Below are positions 10,665 to 20,104 of a stretch of 64,000 nucleotides of DNA, in pieces. The stretch covers positions 83,413-147,412 of IMG/VR virus record IMGVR_UViG_3300025715_000012, one strand, 5' to 3'. The DNA is from a virus. Its lineage: Duplodnaviria > Caudoviricetes. Both the position numbers and the translations under genes were made by a program. The stretch's first letter is position 1, and every line of letters begins with the position of its first letter. The notes beneath the pieces are model-generated. The model saw nothing but the letters and a program-made list of their open reading frames with translations. It was not told where the DNA came from and did no database searches.

Positions 10665-10861
10665 AATTACCTGTCAAAGAAAACCTCTAAATCTTTAGTT
10701 TAGTTGATGAATTTGACAAAAAATGACTCAAATTATTTAATATATACATTTAACTAGAAATAGTTTAAAGTTCTTTGACGTGATGATATATGGTTCTGGA
10801 TTAAAAACTTGATCCAGGTAAAATCATAAAAGTAGTCAGCGAAAACCAAGCATTAATGACT
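10665..10861 (+). mobile_element. Left-end remnant of the same IS200/IS605-type family, with a structured leader
   Basis: TTTAT|AAT..TGTCAAAGAAAACCTCTAAATCTTTAGTTTAGTTGATGAATTTGACA; shares TAATATATA, AAGTTC(T/A)TTGAC, TGGTTCTG and AGGTAAAA with 6904-7162; no right end seen. Confidence 0.65.
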
Positions 10862-11031
10862 TTCAAGAATTCAGATAGTTGTGCTACTGTCATTAATTCA
10901 TCTCTACTTTTCATATTTTTTATATTAATTTTTAAATAATTACAAGCTTCTTTTATTAAAAAGATCTCTTTATTAACGCATAGTTTTACAATTTTTATAC
11001 CAATAAATGATATATGACAAAATGACACTTT

Positions 11032-11805
11032 TTAGAAGTACCAATCCTCATCATCATAATAATATTTTCTCATACTATCATCTATCTTTGGCACTCCTTC
11101 TTTTGGCAGTCTTTCCCATCTAACACGACAAGCCGCCCTAGCCAATAACTCAACATATTCAATATCAGTTATTTCGCTATGTGTGTGCTCGCCCGAGTAT
11201 CCACAAGATAAATTTGTAACATTAGGTATAATTCCCATAAATGATGCACTATCTGTATAAATGCCAGTTCTATCGAGATAATAATTCAGCCCGCTTTTAT
11301 TGAGTTCCTTGGCTAAAGCGTCACCGAATTCATCTGTGCATCCTCTTCTGCCCATTTGATGTGTTATAACAGAGTCATATCCTCGTCTGTCGAAAGAGAC
11401 CATTCTATCAAAATTATCCGAGAAGAAATTTTTATTTTTTGATATTATTTTGTGTGCACCAGCCATGCCGCTCTCTTCACCAGCGAAGAAATAATATGTG
11501 CCGGGTATGTTTCTCTCTATCATGTAAAGTAAAATTGTCATACCATTTTTATCATCACTTCCCAGTATAGTCGTTCCATCTGATCTGATATAATTTCCAT
11601 CTATGACATGATTAACTTTTTCCATGTGCCATGAAGCAGTGTCCATATGACAAGTAAAGCAAGTTCTGCTTTTTCCTATAACAACATAGTAATTTCCACA
11701 TCCATCTTCAATATGATTTTCTGGCAAATATGGTTTCAACAAATGCTCTTGTCCGTATGTTATAGTATATTCTGTGAGTTTTAAAAAAGTGTCTAAAAAA
11801 TTCAT
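11032..11805 (-). CDS. M28/M20-family zinc peptidase-like protein
   Basis: CHMDT, LGSDDKNG, GEESG, FDRRG, YTDS, EHTHSE. Confidence 0.85.
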   Translation of the reverse strand: MNFLDTFLKLTEYTITYGQEHLLKPYLPENHIEDGCGNYYVVIGKSRTCFTCHMDTASWHMEKVNHVIDGNYIRSDGTTILGSDDKNGMTILLYMIERNIPGTYYFFAGEESGMAGAHKIISKNKNFFSDNFDRMVSFDRRGYDSVITHQMGRRGCTDEFGDALAKELNKSGLNYYLDRTGIYTDSASFMGIIPNVTNLSCGYSGEHTHSEITDIEYVELLARAACRVRWERLPKEGVPKIDDSMRKYYYDDEDWYF

Positions 11806-11864
11806 CTTATTTATTTTTTTTTCTTATATGTCGTTTGTGTTATATTTGTTTAAAAAATTATCTA

Positions 11865-12276
11865 TCAGATACCGTCGAAAAAATGTTCAAGGATAAATGC
11901 TGGGTTTGGCTCGCCAGCGGCTACGGGCACTGGCTGTTCAGTTACTGCATTAACTCCTTGAATACCACGTTCATACTCCTTTTTCTCTATTCTATGAATC
12001 CAATCTTTTTTGAAACTATCTATCACAACGTGTGGAGACTCCACATATTTTATTTACTTCTAATGATATACTTTTGGCTCTATATAAATTGGAAGCACAA
12101 AAATTTCTTAATTCTTTTTTTAGAAGTTTTTCTTCTCTTTTTTGAACAATATTATCATCCACTTTAATAACAACTTGACAATCAATGTCTTCATCTAAGT
12201 TTAGAACACTAACTATCTCGTAATTATAATCTATGAAGGCTAAAATTTCTTCTTTCATTTGCGTAAATATTTTCAT
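11865..12276 (-). pseudogene. Hypothetical gene with an apparent single-base frameshift
   Basis: After ...SLEVNK an alternative frame continues YVESPHVVIDSFKKD...LEHFFDGI*; TATATTTG at 12290-12297 (-). Confidence 0.45.
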
Positions 12277-12329
12277 ACTTGAAGTTTTACAAATATAAAA
12301 ATATTTTTTGAAATAAAAAAATGTAAATA

Positions 12330-12800
12330 TTAAAAATCGGTGTCAAAAAATGTATAAGGGGCATCCTTTGTTGGTAATATGGCTCCATCTCCCTGATACT
12401 CGTCGAAATTGTTTAAGAAATCCTGTAGTTGATCTGTTTTTGGATATTCTTTTTTATTGATCCATGATTTTATATCTTCCAAATCTTCTGTTAAATTGAA
12501 TTCAAAAACCGCTGTTCCTGAATACATTCTTTCTTCACCATTTGGTAATATCATTCTATAATGTTTATCTTCATTTGTTCCACTAACAAATATCATGTCA
12601 CATGGTGGTTCTATTGGAAATCGTTTATATCCGCCTTGGTATTTAACTTCAACATTTCCTTTAAACATGTTTTTTATACTTTTATAAACATCTTTATATT
12701 TCTCTGGAATCTTTTCACCAAAGATATTTGGAAAATTAAATTCTTCTTTTACTGAATAATCTTTTTTTGTGTAATCTTCAAATTTCAATAACTTTTTCAT
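12330..12800 (-). CDS. Hypothetical protein with leader MKKLLKFEDY
   Basis: Leader; TAATATATA at 12844-12852 (-). Confidence 0.75.
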   Translation of the reverse strand: MKKLLKFEDYTKKDYSVKEEFNFPNIFGEKIPEKYKDVYKSIKNMFKGNVEVKYQGGYKRFPIEPPCDMIFVSGTNEDKHYRMILPNGEERMYSGTAVFEFNLTEDLEDIKSWINKKEYPKTDQLQDFLNNFDEYQGDGAILPTKDAPYTFFDTDF

Positions 12801-12871
12801 GTTGTAATTATTTTTTTTATAAAAAACGATTTTATTATATAAATATATATTAAAAAAATAATCATAAAAAA

Positions 12872-13048
12872 ATGAAAAACATACAACTATTTGAAGAATT
12901 TTGTAAATCTTGTTTATCTGAAGACGACAAAGATTTTGCCGAAGTAATGAAAAAAAAGGCTAAAAGAAGTCGTTACAAAGACTCCGATAGAGATAAAGAA
13001 AGAGGAGCCTATATGAAAGAGAGAATGAAAGATAGAATGAAGAAATAA
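12872..13048 (+). CDS. Small charged protein with leader MKNIQLFEEF
   Basis: 58-aa ORF below the track cutoff; divergent from 12800 across an AT palindrome. Confidence 0.6.
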   Translation: MKNIQLFEEFCKSCLSEDDKDFAEVMKKKAKRSRYKDSDRDKERGAYMKERMKDRMKK

Positions 13049-13107
13049 TTATAAAATTTTTAAATCCGTTTAATTTTTTGTAATTTTGTCCAATAAAATA
13101 GAGTTAT

Positions 13108-13335
13108 ATGGACATCGCTGTTTGCAACGCTTGTGGTAAATGTTGTAAGAAACATTGGATATTGAAATTAACCAACCAAAAAGAAATCGAACTTTTTGGT
13201 GATGATGTTGTTTTTGGCAACTACATATGGACTGACAGTTGTAAATATATGGGGGCTAATGGATTATGCTCTATACATGATGAAAGACAGCCCTACAAAT
13301 GTAAAGAATATTTCTGTGAAGGAAATATTATATAA
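13108..13335 (+). CDS. YkgJ-like cysteine-cluster protein
   Basis: CNACGKCC...C...CSIHDERQPYKCKEYFC; TAATTTTG at 13081. Confidence 0.8.
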   Translation: MDIAVCNACGKCCKKHWILKLTNQKEIELFGDDVVFGNYIWTDSCKYMGANGLCSIHDERQPYKCKEYFCEGNII

Positions 13336-13594
13336 TTTCATCTGTATTTTCTCGAGTTAATCCTGGAAACATGCCAGATGATTTCATATCGTGGAATAAT
13401 CTCGATATGTGTGATTTTCCGCTTTCGGTTACATCATCCAATTTCGATTCAGAGAAGAACCCTCGCCAAAATTTCAAGCTCTCTTCTAACTCCGGATAAT
13501 CATATGGAATCAAAGGAGTAATTGTTACTTTACCGTGCTCTTCTTTTCGTTCTTCACCCCAAGGGTCGTCTTCATTGAATATATCTGTGCTCAT
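13328..13594 (-). CDS. Hypothetical protein with N-terminal DDPWGEE
   Basis: MSTDIFNEDDPWGEE. Confidence 0.7.
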   Translation of the reverse strand: MSTDIFNEDDPWGEERKEEHGKVTITPLIPYDYPELEESLKFWRGFFSESKLDDVTESGKSHISRLFHDMKSSGMFPGLTRENTDEII

Positions 13595-13792
13595 AATATT
13601 TTATAATATTTTATAATTTTTATAATTTTTATAATTTCTTGTGATGTTACGACATTACATTTGAATTGAATTTCATTTATTCTTCTTTTTGGAATATCAT
13701 AATGTGTTTTATGAAACCAACATGGTATGAAGATTTTCTATACTATACGGAACACACACCAGATGTCTATCATTGTCACAATAAAAATCCAT
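13591..13792 (-). pseudogene. DUF4031-like gene broken by an internal deletion
   Basis: MDFYCDNDRHLVCVPYSIENLH in one frame; CWFHKTHYDIPKRRINEI in another. Confidence 0.55.
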
Positions 13793-13884
13793 TATCTTAG
13801 TCTATTTAAATTAAATCTTATTTTTTCAGCAATGATTTATCCGAATATTCTTACAAGTTCATCTTCATTAAGACCAAACGATCG

Positions 13885-14244
13885 TTATTTTTGTTTTGAG
13901 TTAATTGATATCAAATGACCAATAAAATTACCCATCTTATCAGAAGATATTACTTCATTGATCTTACTTTCTAATTCATCATCTTTGATATAAAATGTTT
14001 CATTATTTTTGAAATAAAAGATTGTTAATGATATATTACCAATCATATCTAAAAAACAAATTTCAAATATCTTACAACTAACATTATCCCCATATTTTAT
14101 TTTAAAGTCTAGTATGATTTTATTATCCACGATTCGATGTTCAATTAAACCGTTTAAAACACCGCCACTATCTAATGATAAAGATGATGAATATCCATTA
14201 AGTAATTTAACGATTCTTTCACTATATATGTCTTCTGTTTTCAT
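13885..14244 (-). CDS. Hypothetical protein
   Basis: 119-aa ORF in operon context. Confidence 0.5.
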   Translation of the reverse strand: MKTEDIYSERIVKLLNGYSSSLSLDSGGVLNGLIEHRIVDNKIILDFKIKYGDNVSCKIFEICFLDMIGNISLTIFYFKNNETFYIKDDELESKINEVISSDKMGNFIGHLISINSKQK

Positions 14245-14407
14245 ATTTCACCATTGTTAATTCATTATCGATAATATCAATTACTCTTTCAATTAAATAT
14301 TTTGTATAACCAAAATCTATTGATGAATGTGTTATGTGCCACTCAGTTTTACCAGCAGGTAATTCTTCGCCCCAAGGATCATCTTCGTTGAATATATCTA
14401 CGATCAT
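14222..14407 (-). CDS. Hypothetical protein with N-terminal DDPWGEE
   Basis: MIVDIFNEDDPWGEE, same N-terminus as 13328..13594. Confidence 0.65.
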   Translation of the reverse strand: MIVDIFNEDDPWGEELPAGKTEWHITHSSIDFGYTKYLIERVIDIIDNELTMVKYENRRHI

Positions 14408-14572
14408 ATTCTTTTAATTTAATGGTGGTAAATAATGGTTGGGATGATAACCCAAGCATAACAAAGATGATTTTACCCATATTGGCATACGGACACCCAA
14501 ACTTGAGAAATGTTTCAAATAATTCTTTCATAATTCTAATTTTTGTTTTTTATAATTGTTTTTAATTTATTT

Positions 14573-15448
14573 TTATAATATTTTATATTTTTGAAAGATT
14601 CTGAAATTTCCTTTTCCGACTTCTGATATATCAAGTTGATTGCCTTTCTTTTTTGTTTTATAATTATAAAAAGATATTATTTGATTAATAGCGTCTTTAA
14701 CTGATGTTGTTGGTTTCAATTCGTCATTCAATATTATCGTATCAACTTTTTTGAAATCAACATCTGTTTTTAACAGAAATTCCAATATAGCTTTTAAATA
14801 ATATCTTCTTCCTATTTTATCTATCTTTATTGAATATTTAATCAATTTATCGAAAATTTTCTTCAAAAAATCTTGATCATTTTCATCAAAAACCAGTTTG
14901 CCTCTTTTAAAATCATCATAACTAGTTCTCTTATTTTGTTTTATACTTAAAGTGTGCAACATCATTTCGTGTTCAAAACCACTGCCAACTGGATCACAAT
15001 TTTTATATTCTTCATATACATCTTTGTATAATATATAATCCTTTACACCTAAAACAGCTTTTGAATTCATAAAATTTGTAATATCCCATTCTTTACTGGC
15101 GGTATTCAATAACTCCACCATTTCAAGAGATTTTTCTTTTAAATTTATATCAAAATCTCCCATTAAAATAAAAGATATTGGTAAATCTAATTTTTTACAG
15201 GCTTCATATCTATGTTGACCATCAATAATTTTCAGAAATTTTCCATCGGGATCAGATGGATCAAAACCAACAATAACAGATGATTCAGGAATTAATTTCT
15301 TTTTAATGGATTCAACAATTTTTGATAAATTGGGCTGATCTATGTTCCTGTTTCCTTTAATAAAACCAAAAATATCATAATTTCTAGTTTTGTAGACATC
15401 TGTGAACTTCTCAGCATGCTCGGTTAATAAATCTTCTAGATTTTTCAT
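14573..15448 (-). CDS. ParB/Srx-like N-terminal domain protein
   Basis: GNRNID...IIDGQHRYEA. Confidence 0.8.
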   Translation of the reverse strand: MKNLEDLLTEHAEKFTDVYKTRNYDIFGFIKGNRNIDQPNLSKIVESIKKKLIPESSVIVGFDPSDPDGKFLKIIDGQHRYEACKKLDLPISFILMGDFDINLKEKSLEMVELLNTASKEWDITNFMNSKAVLGVKDYILYKDVYEEYKNCDPVGSGFEHEMMLHTLSIKQNKRTSYDDFKRGKLVFDENDQDFLKKIFDKLIKYSIKIDKIGRRYYLKAILEFLLKTDVDFKKVDTIILNDELKPTTSVKDAINQIISFYNYKTKKKGNQLDISEVGKGNFRIFQKYKIL

Positions 15449-15591
15449 TTTTCTTACATTTATTTTTTATTATTTTCGGTGATCACTATCAAAATAGTCT
15501 TTGATCAAATCTCTAAAAATAATGCACAAACATTATAGATTTTGTAATATAAAAAGTTTATTTTAATATATAAACAAAATAATTATTTTTC

Positions 15592-15861
15592 ATGTACAAC
15601 AAAATAAAAGATATAAGTAATAAATGGTGGGCGGCTAAAAATCTTGGCGGAGAATGCGAAAGATGTCATGAAGTGAATATTAAACGAAACGAAGAAGATA
15701 TTTTTAAATTGTGTTTTCACCATAAAGACGGCGATGAAAAGCTTAAAAATATATCTAAAATGATGCAGCTCAATAGAGAAAAAATTGAAAAAGAATTACA
15801 AAAATGTGAACTTTTATGCTTTAATTGTCATGCCGAAGAGCACTATCATAAAAAAAAGTAG
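15592..15861 (+). CDS. Small HNH-type endonuclease
   Basis: GGECERC, FHHKD, KCELLCFNCHAEEH. Confidence 0.8.
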   Translation: MYNKIKDISNKWWAAKNLGGECERCHEVNIKRNEEDIFKLCFHHKDGDEKLKNISKMMQLNREKIEKELQKCELLCFNCHAEEHYHKKK

Positions 15862-15895
15862 CGTTTTGACAGATAAGACTAATGTCATTAAATGT

Positions 15896-16462
15896 TCATC
15901 GTTTCACCCTATATTTTAACTGAATTCTGTCATATTCTCTCCAAAAACTTTGAGCATATACCCATTTAAATTCAACATCACTAATGGACACAACTCTATC
16001 CATTAAAATAATATAATCAATGCCACTTATCATTTTTTCCTTAATATATTCGAGCGTTCCGTCGTTCAACAAACTATTAAAAAATTTTCTAAGATTTTCA
16101 TTATATAATTTTTTGTTTTTATATTTCCAGACATTATCCCAAGTACATATTTTCATTATAGGTTCGCTAAATAACTCCCAATCGGATGTCGATGGATATT
16201 TTTTTATTTCGTATCTAAATCCTTTATTATCAACAGAATCTCTTTTTTCATATAAAGATCCTAAAAAATCTAATTCAATATCATCTGATGAGAAATCTTG
16301 ATAATATATTGAATCTATTTTAGAACTTCCGTTCTTTTTACTTAACCATTTTATATTCGGTTTTATTCTATTAATCGTTAAAGAACGTCTTTCGTTAATT
16401 TCATTCTTAAAAACATTACCTGAAAATGCTCTAACTTGTGTAAAATCATCATATAACGGCAT
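15896..16462 (-). CDS. Hypothetical protein, possibly PD-(D/E)xK fold
   Basis: D..D...YEIKKY; start uncertain. Confidence 0.55.
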   Translation of the reverse strand: MPLYDDFTQVRAFSGNVFKNEINERRSLTINRIKPNIKWLSKKNGSSKIDSIYYQDFSSDDIELDFLGSLYEKRDSVDNKGFRYEIKKYPSTSDWELFSEPIMKICTWDNVWKYKNKKLYNENLRKFFNSLLNDGTLEYIKEKMISGIDYIILMDRVVSISDVEFKWVYAQSFWREYDRIQLKYRVKR

Positions 16463-16784
16463 ATTGTTTAATTTTTTAAATTTATAAATTTGTTTTTCTT
16501 TCTTTATTTTTCCAGAGATAAGATTATTTATACTTTGCAATCCACTCATCATAGGTTAACGAGTTATGTTTTAAATATTCCTTTGCAGTTTTTCTATTAT
16601 CCCAACTATTTTCTGATGCCGGAAACATTTCTCTCGCATAAACTTCTGGCCTCATTGGTGTCCATTCAACACTTTTGCCCAAATTCTTTTTAAATATCAA
16701 GCAAATATAAAGCTAATTTTCTATATAAAAAACCCTGGAATAAAATATATTTTATATAACGAATTTACTTTTTTTCTCTATTTT

Positions 16785-17156
16785 TTAATGAAAATAATGT
16801 TTATTCAGATTCAGATTATAACTAAATATATCAAAATTTTTATTTGGTAAAAATCTCCAATTTGATAGATCGCAAAGATATTTATCACCGTTTTCATCAA
16901 TTATTAGAGTGTCTTTATATCTTTTTGTTTTTTCCAAACAATAAAAATCATATCTAGTTCCAGCATTGAAAGTTTTAATACCATCTGATGTATTATGTAT
17001 TTCCAAATAATGAATTTGATTCGATATAATTATTTCATACAAACCATTATTTTTACTTTTTTCACTTTCTGGTTTTCTCCAAGCTGCTGGATGAACATAA
17101 ACTAGATAACCATTTTCATATAATAAAGATAATGATTTTAATACAAATTTATCCCA
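16785..17156 (-). pseudogene. Fragment of an Eco57I/TaqI-type adenine methyltransferase
   Basis: WDKFVLKSLSLLYENGYLVYVHPAAWRKP...TFNAGTRYDFY (post-NPPY region); no start codon and no NPPY motif. Confidence 0.65.
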
Positions 17157-17323
17157 TTTGTCTCGTGATCTATAAAAAACATGAATTTCATTTTTCCTTC
17201 TTTTTTATTGATTATCTTTTTTCTCTATTCTCATTTTTTTAGATAAAATTTTTATCTGCCTGTGAAGTTTACCACTTTTTATTTGCCTATAACCTTTATT
17301 GTTATGATGTCTTCGAAATTTCA

Positions 17324-17518
17324 TTATTTCAAATGGTCTAAATAAGCCTCGCATCCATCACAAATATAGTTATAATGGTTTCTGCATTTTTCATATACTT
17401 TATCGAACATTGGCTGTGGAGTTTCATAAACGCCACAATCAGGACAAGGCTTTAACGTCACACGATGTTTTCTTTTGCAAGCGCCACAATATTCTAACCA
17501 AACTTTCTTTTCTTTCAT
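17324..17518 (-). CDS. Small Cys-rich (zinc-binding) protein
   Basis: CGAC, CPDC, CDGC. Confidence 0.6.
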   Translation of the reverse strand: MKEKKVWLEYCGACKRKHRVTLKPCPDCGVYETPQPMFDKVYEKCRNHYNYICDGCEAYLDHLK

Positions 17519-17528
17519 TGTTTTTAAT

Positions 17529-17945
17529 TTATTTGGTCCAAGACCAATTCAAAGTACTTTTTGTTTCGAACATCGTTTTATAGTCTGTTGCTGTATCAAT
17601 AGGTCGACTAATTTTGAGATTGGTGAAATCTTTCAGATTAAAATTATCAATTATTCTTTTGATTTCTTCTTCGGCTTTAGATATTCCGCTTTCTAAGACA
17701 TACCAATAATTTGATCTCATAAAACCATCTTCTGGCTCAGTCATGCAAGTCTCTCTACCTCCCCAAGTTCCTATTTCGTTTTTAAACAATTGATAAGTGA
17801 TGGTTGTCAATGACGCATCATATCTTTCCCATTCGTCAGCGCTTGCATCCTTATGAATCTCTAAATCAATACTTACAATTTTTTCAATGATCTTTTTTTC
17901 TTCTCCCCAAGGGTCATTTTCATCCATTTCTTTCATATCAACCAT
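17529..17945 (-). CDS. Hypothetical protein with N-terminal NDPWGEE
   Basis: MVDMKEMDENDPWGEE. Confidence 0.7.
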   Translation of the reverse strand: MVDMKEMDENDPWGEEKKIIEKIVSIDLEIHKDASADEWERYDASLTTITYQLFKNEIGTWGGRETCMTEPEDGFMRSNYWYVLESGISKAEEEIKRIIDNFNLKDFTNLKISRPIDTATDYKTMFETKSTLNWSWTK

Positions 17946-18391
17946 TATTGTTTGAATTTTTTAATATACAAAACCAAAATCCATATATCATCTTCGCTAA
18001 GATCGCTCTGTTTATACATTCTACCTTTACCATTCAATATCACGTAATAAACCTCGTTGTCACTTTTATTTTCTTTGGACAAGTCATACGGGCATAAAGT
18101 TGTGTCCAATCGGGCTTTCAAACCTTCGCCTGTACCATCTACGCCGTGACAAAATTTACAATGTTTCATATATAAATGGCTGGATTTCAACTCTTTAAAA
18201 TTAACAATCTTTATTGAATCGACCAAATATTTTTCATTGTCAATTACTATTGGGGTGGAGCACATCGTAGTATCCGCTACATTGGATTTACAAACACTTT
18301 CATTCCTTTTTTGGAAATTGATGAAGATAAAAGCTAAAACTCCCATCAATAGTATGCTCAAACACAGTAAAATAAGTCCTTTTTTTGTCAT
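17945..18391 (-). CDS. Membrane-anchored class I cytochrome c
   Basis: N-terminal TM segment; heme motif CKFCHG.DG.G; distal KGRM; LSEDDIW.LV.YI. Confidence 0.85.
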   Translation of the reverse strand: MTKKGLILLCLSILLMGVLAFIFINFQKRNESVCKSNVADTTMCSTPIVIDNEKYLVDSIKIVNFKELKSSHLYMKHCKFCHGVDGTGEGLKARLDTTLCPYDLSKENKSDNEVYYVILNGKGRMYKQSDLSEDDIWILVLYIKKFKQ

Positions 18392-18675
18392 AAACTTTTT
18401 ATTTTTTTAATATCTTTTTTTCTTGTTGGATATACAGTTAATATAACATTTCTTTTCTTGGAAAAAACACACCAAAGTTGGATATTCTTATACAACACGA
18501 TCATTTTATATGTTTTATGTCTGCTTGTTTGCTTAAAAAGAACATTTTCTTCTTCTTCTTTTTGACAAATATTACATAATTTAACATAATCCTCATTTTT
18601 TAAAGGAGATCTACCTGGAAATTTTTCTTCAAATCTTTTTAAAGTATGTTCTTGATGCGTATTAATCTTTTCCAT
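18388..18675 (-). CDS. Hypothetical protein with weak RelE-like RNase features
   Basis: HTLKRFEE...VILTVYP. Confidence 0.55.
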   Translation of the reverse strand: MEKINTHQEHTLKRFEEKFPGRSPLKNEDYVKLCNICQKEEEENVLFKQTSRHKTYKMIVLYKNIQLWCVFSKKRNVILTVYPTRKKDIKKIKSL

Positions 18676-19145
18676 TATTTGTCAAAAGTATATGGATTGT
18701 AAAGATAAGTTGATTTTTTTTCATATTCGTCATAACTCCTTGTCCATTTCCCCCAAACACTATCCATCTTTTTTTTCAATTCTTTTTCTTTTATTAATTG
18801 TTCCATTTTCTTTTCATATTCCTTTTTCTTTTCACTCAAATCCCAAGATTTTTCACAAATTTTTGTATAAATTTCCTTGGAGTCTTCACCCCATTCATCT
18901 CCCTCATTTAAAATGGTTTCTATTTTATAAACTTCAACTTTCACTTTATCGTGATGACAAAATTTATCTGGCACAATAAAATATCTTATTTCTTCGTTTA
19001 TAAAAATAAAGTCATTGTCATACACCACATCATTATCATGTATAACAACAACTCTACCTTTTATATCATATCCTGAAAGATTGAGAACATCAATCCTATT
19101 TGTGTCATTCTCTATGAATAACATAAATTTTTCACTATTTGGCAT
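18675..19145 (-). CDS. Hypothetical protein with DEWGEDS variant motif
   Basis: TATATTTG at 19166-19173 (-). Confidence 0.65.
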   Translation of the reverse strand: MPNSEKFMLFIENDTNRIDVLNLSGYDIKGRVVVIHDNDVVYDNDFIFINEEIRYFIVPDKFCHHDKVKVEVYKIETILNEGDEWGEDSKEIYTKICEKSWDLSEKKKEYEKKMEQLIKEKELKKKMDSVWGKWTRSYDEYEKKSTYLYNPYTFDK

Positions 19146-19215
19146 GGCTTTTCTATTTTAAACGACAAATATAGAAATAAATTTTGAAATAAAAAAATAT
19201 ATTTTCAACCAAATT

Positions 19216-19446
19216 CTAATTTTCCCAATATTTGATCACTTCTTCAACATCATTCAATCTATCAGTGCTAAAATCATGTTCTTCCTCAACATGTTTATAT
19301 CCTATTAAACGTATGGTTATATTATCTTTATCACCTTGCACATCAATGTGTACTGGATAGAATTTATCCATATAAAAATGATCTATTCTTTTGGTTTTAT
19401 CCAAAGAAAATCCAAGTTGTTTAAAAAAATTAATAACACGCTCCAT
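19216..19446 (-). CDS. Hypothetical protein
   Basis: 76-aa ORF. Confidence 0.55.
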   Translation of the reverse strand: MERVINFFKQLGFSLDKTKRIDHFYMDKFYPVHIDVQGDKDNITIRLIGYKHVEEEHDFSTDRLNDVEEVIKYWEN

Positions 19447-19527
19447 TAATAATTATCTTTTCTTATATTATTATAACAAAATTAATATATTTTTTCAAAT
19501 AAAAAAATATTAATATATAATAATCAC

Positions 19528-19782
19528 ATGAAACATATAAAATTATACGAGCAATTAAATAACAATGTAGATGATGAAGATCCTTGGGGAGAGGATATTG
19601 ATAGAAATGATAGAATAAAATATTTAAAAGACCGCATTAGTTTGTTGAAAGACGAATTAAAAATTCTCGAAAATGAATTACAAAATATATCACCTAAACC
19701 TACTCATATCATTCCTCCTCGTAGACAATATTATGATGATTTTAATTGGTTAGATCATTTCGATATCGATCAACGTTGGTGA
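19528..19782 (+). CDS. Coiled-coil protein with leader and DPWGE tag
   Basis: MKHIKLYEQLNNNVDDEDPWGED; TAATATATA at 19511. Confidence 0.75.
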   Translation: MKHIKLYEQLNNNVDDEDPWGEDIDRNDRIKYLKDRISLLKDELKILENELQNISPKPTHIIPPRRQYYDDFNWLDHFDIDQRW

Positions 19783-19895
19783 TTTTATAGAAGTAACAAT
19801 TAGTGGTTGGAATCAAGATTTTAAAGATATGGATTGGGTTAAAATAGCATAGAATTTGATATCCATAATATTCTTGTTGTTCATCAGGTATTTCA

Positions 19896-20030
19896 ATGAA
19901 ATTTATAGAATCATTTATGAAATTATATTCGCTTAATTGGTTGGAGTGTAGAAATAATAATTTTTCGGATGATTATAATAAACACATAGAAGATCATTGT
20001 AATGAAAACAATATACAGTTAAAAATGTAA
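19896..20030 (+). pseudogene. C-terminal remnant of an LRR protein
   Basis: LNWLECRNNNFSDDYNKHIEDHCNENNIQL resembles the C-caps of the LRR ORFs at 28926 and 38376. Confidence 0.5.
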
Positions 20031-20069
20031 TATTTCCTTTTTGTATAATAGTTTTTCATCTTCAATTAA

Positions 20070-20104
20070 ACCCCTGGATTCAAATCAGCGACCTAATGAT
20101 TATA
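20070..20104 (-). pseudogene. Degenerate tRNA 3'-half
   Basis: TAATCATTAGGTCGCTGATTTGAATCCAG, like an anticodon arm 3' side plus T arm. Confidence 0.4.

Noticed and set aside
10801-11028. 75-aa minus-strand ORF
   Set aside because: Runs antisense through the element leader and has no recognisable features; likely spurious or a remnant
13594-13637. TTATAAT tandem repeats as origin iterons
   Set aside because: Short AT-only slippage at the end of a decayed gene (IIKIIKIIK); no other origin features
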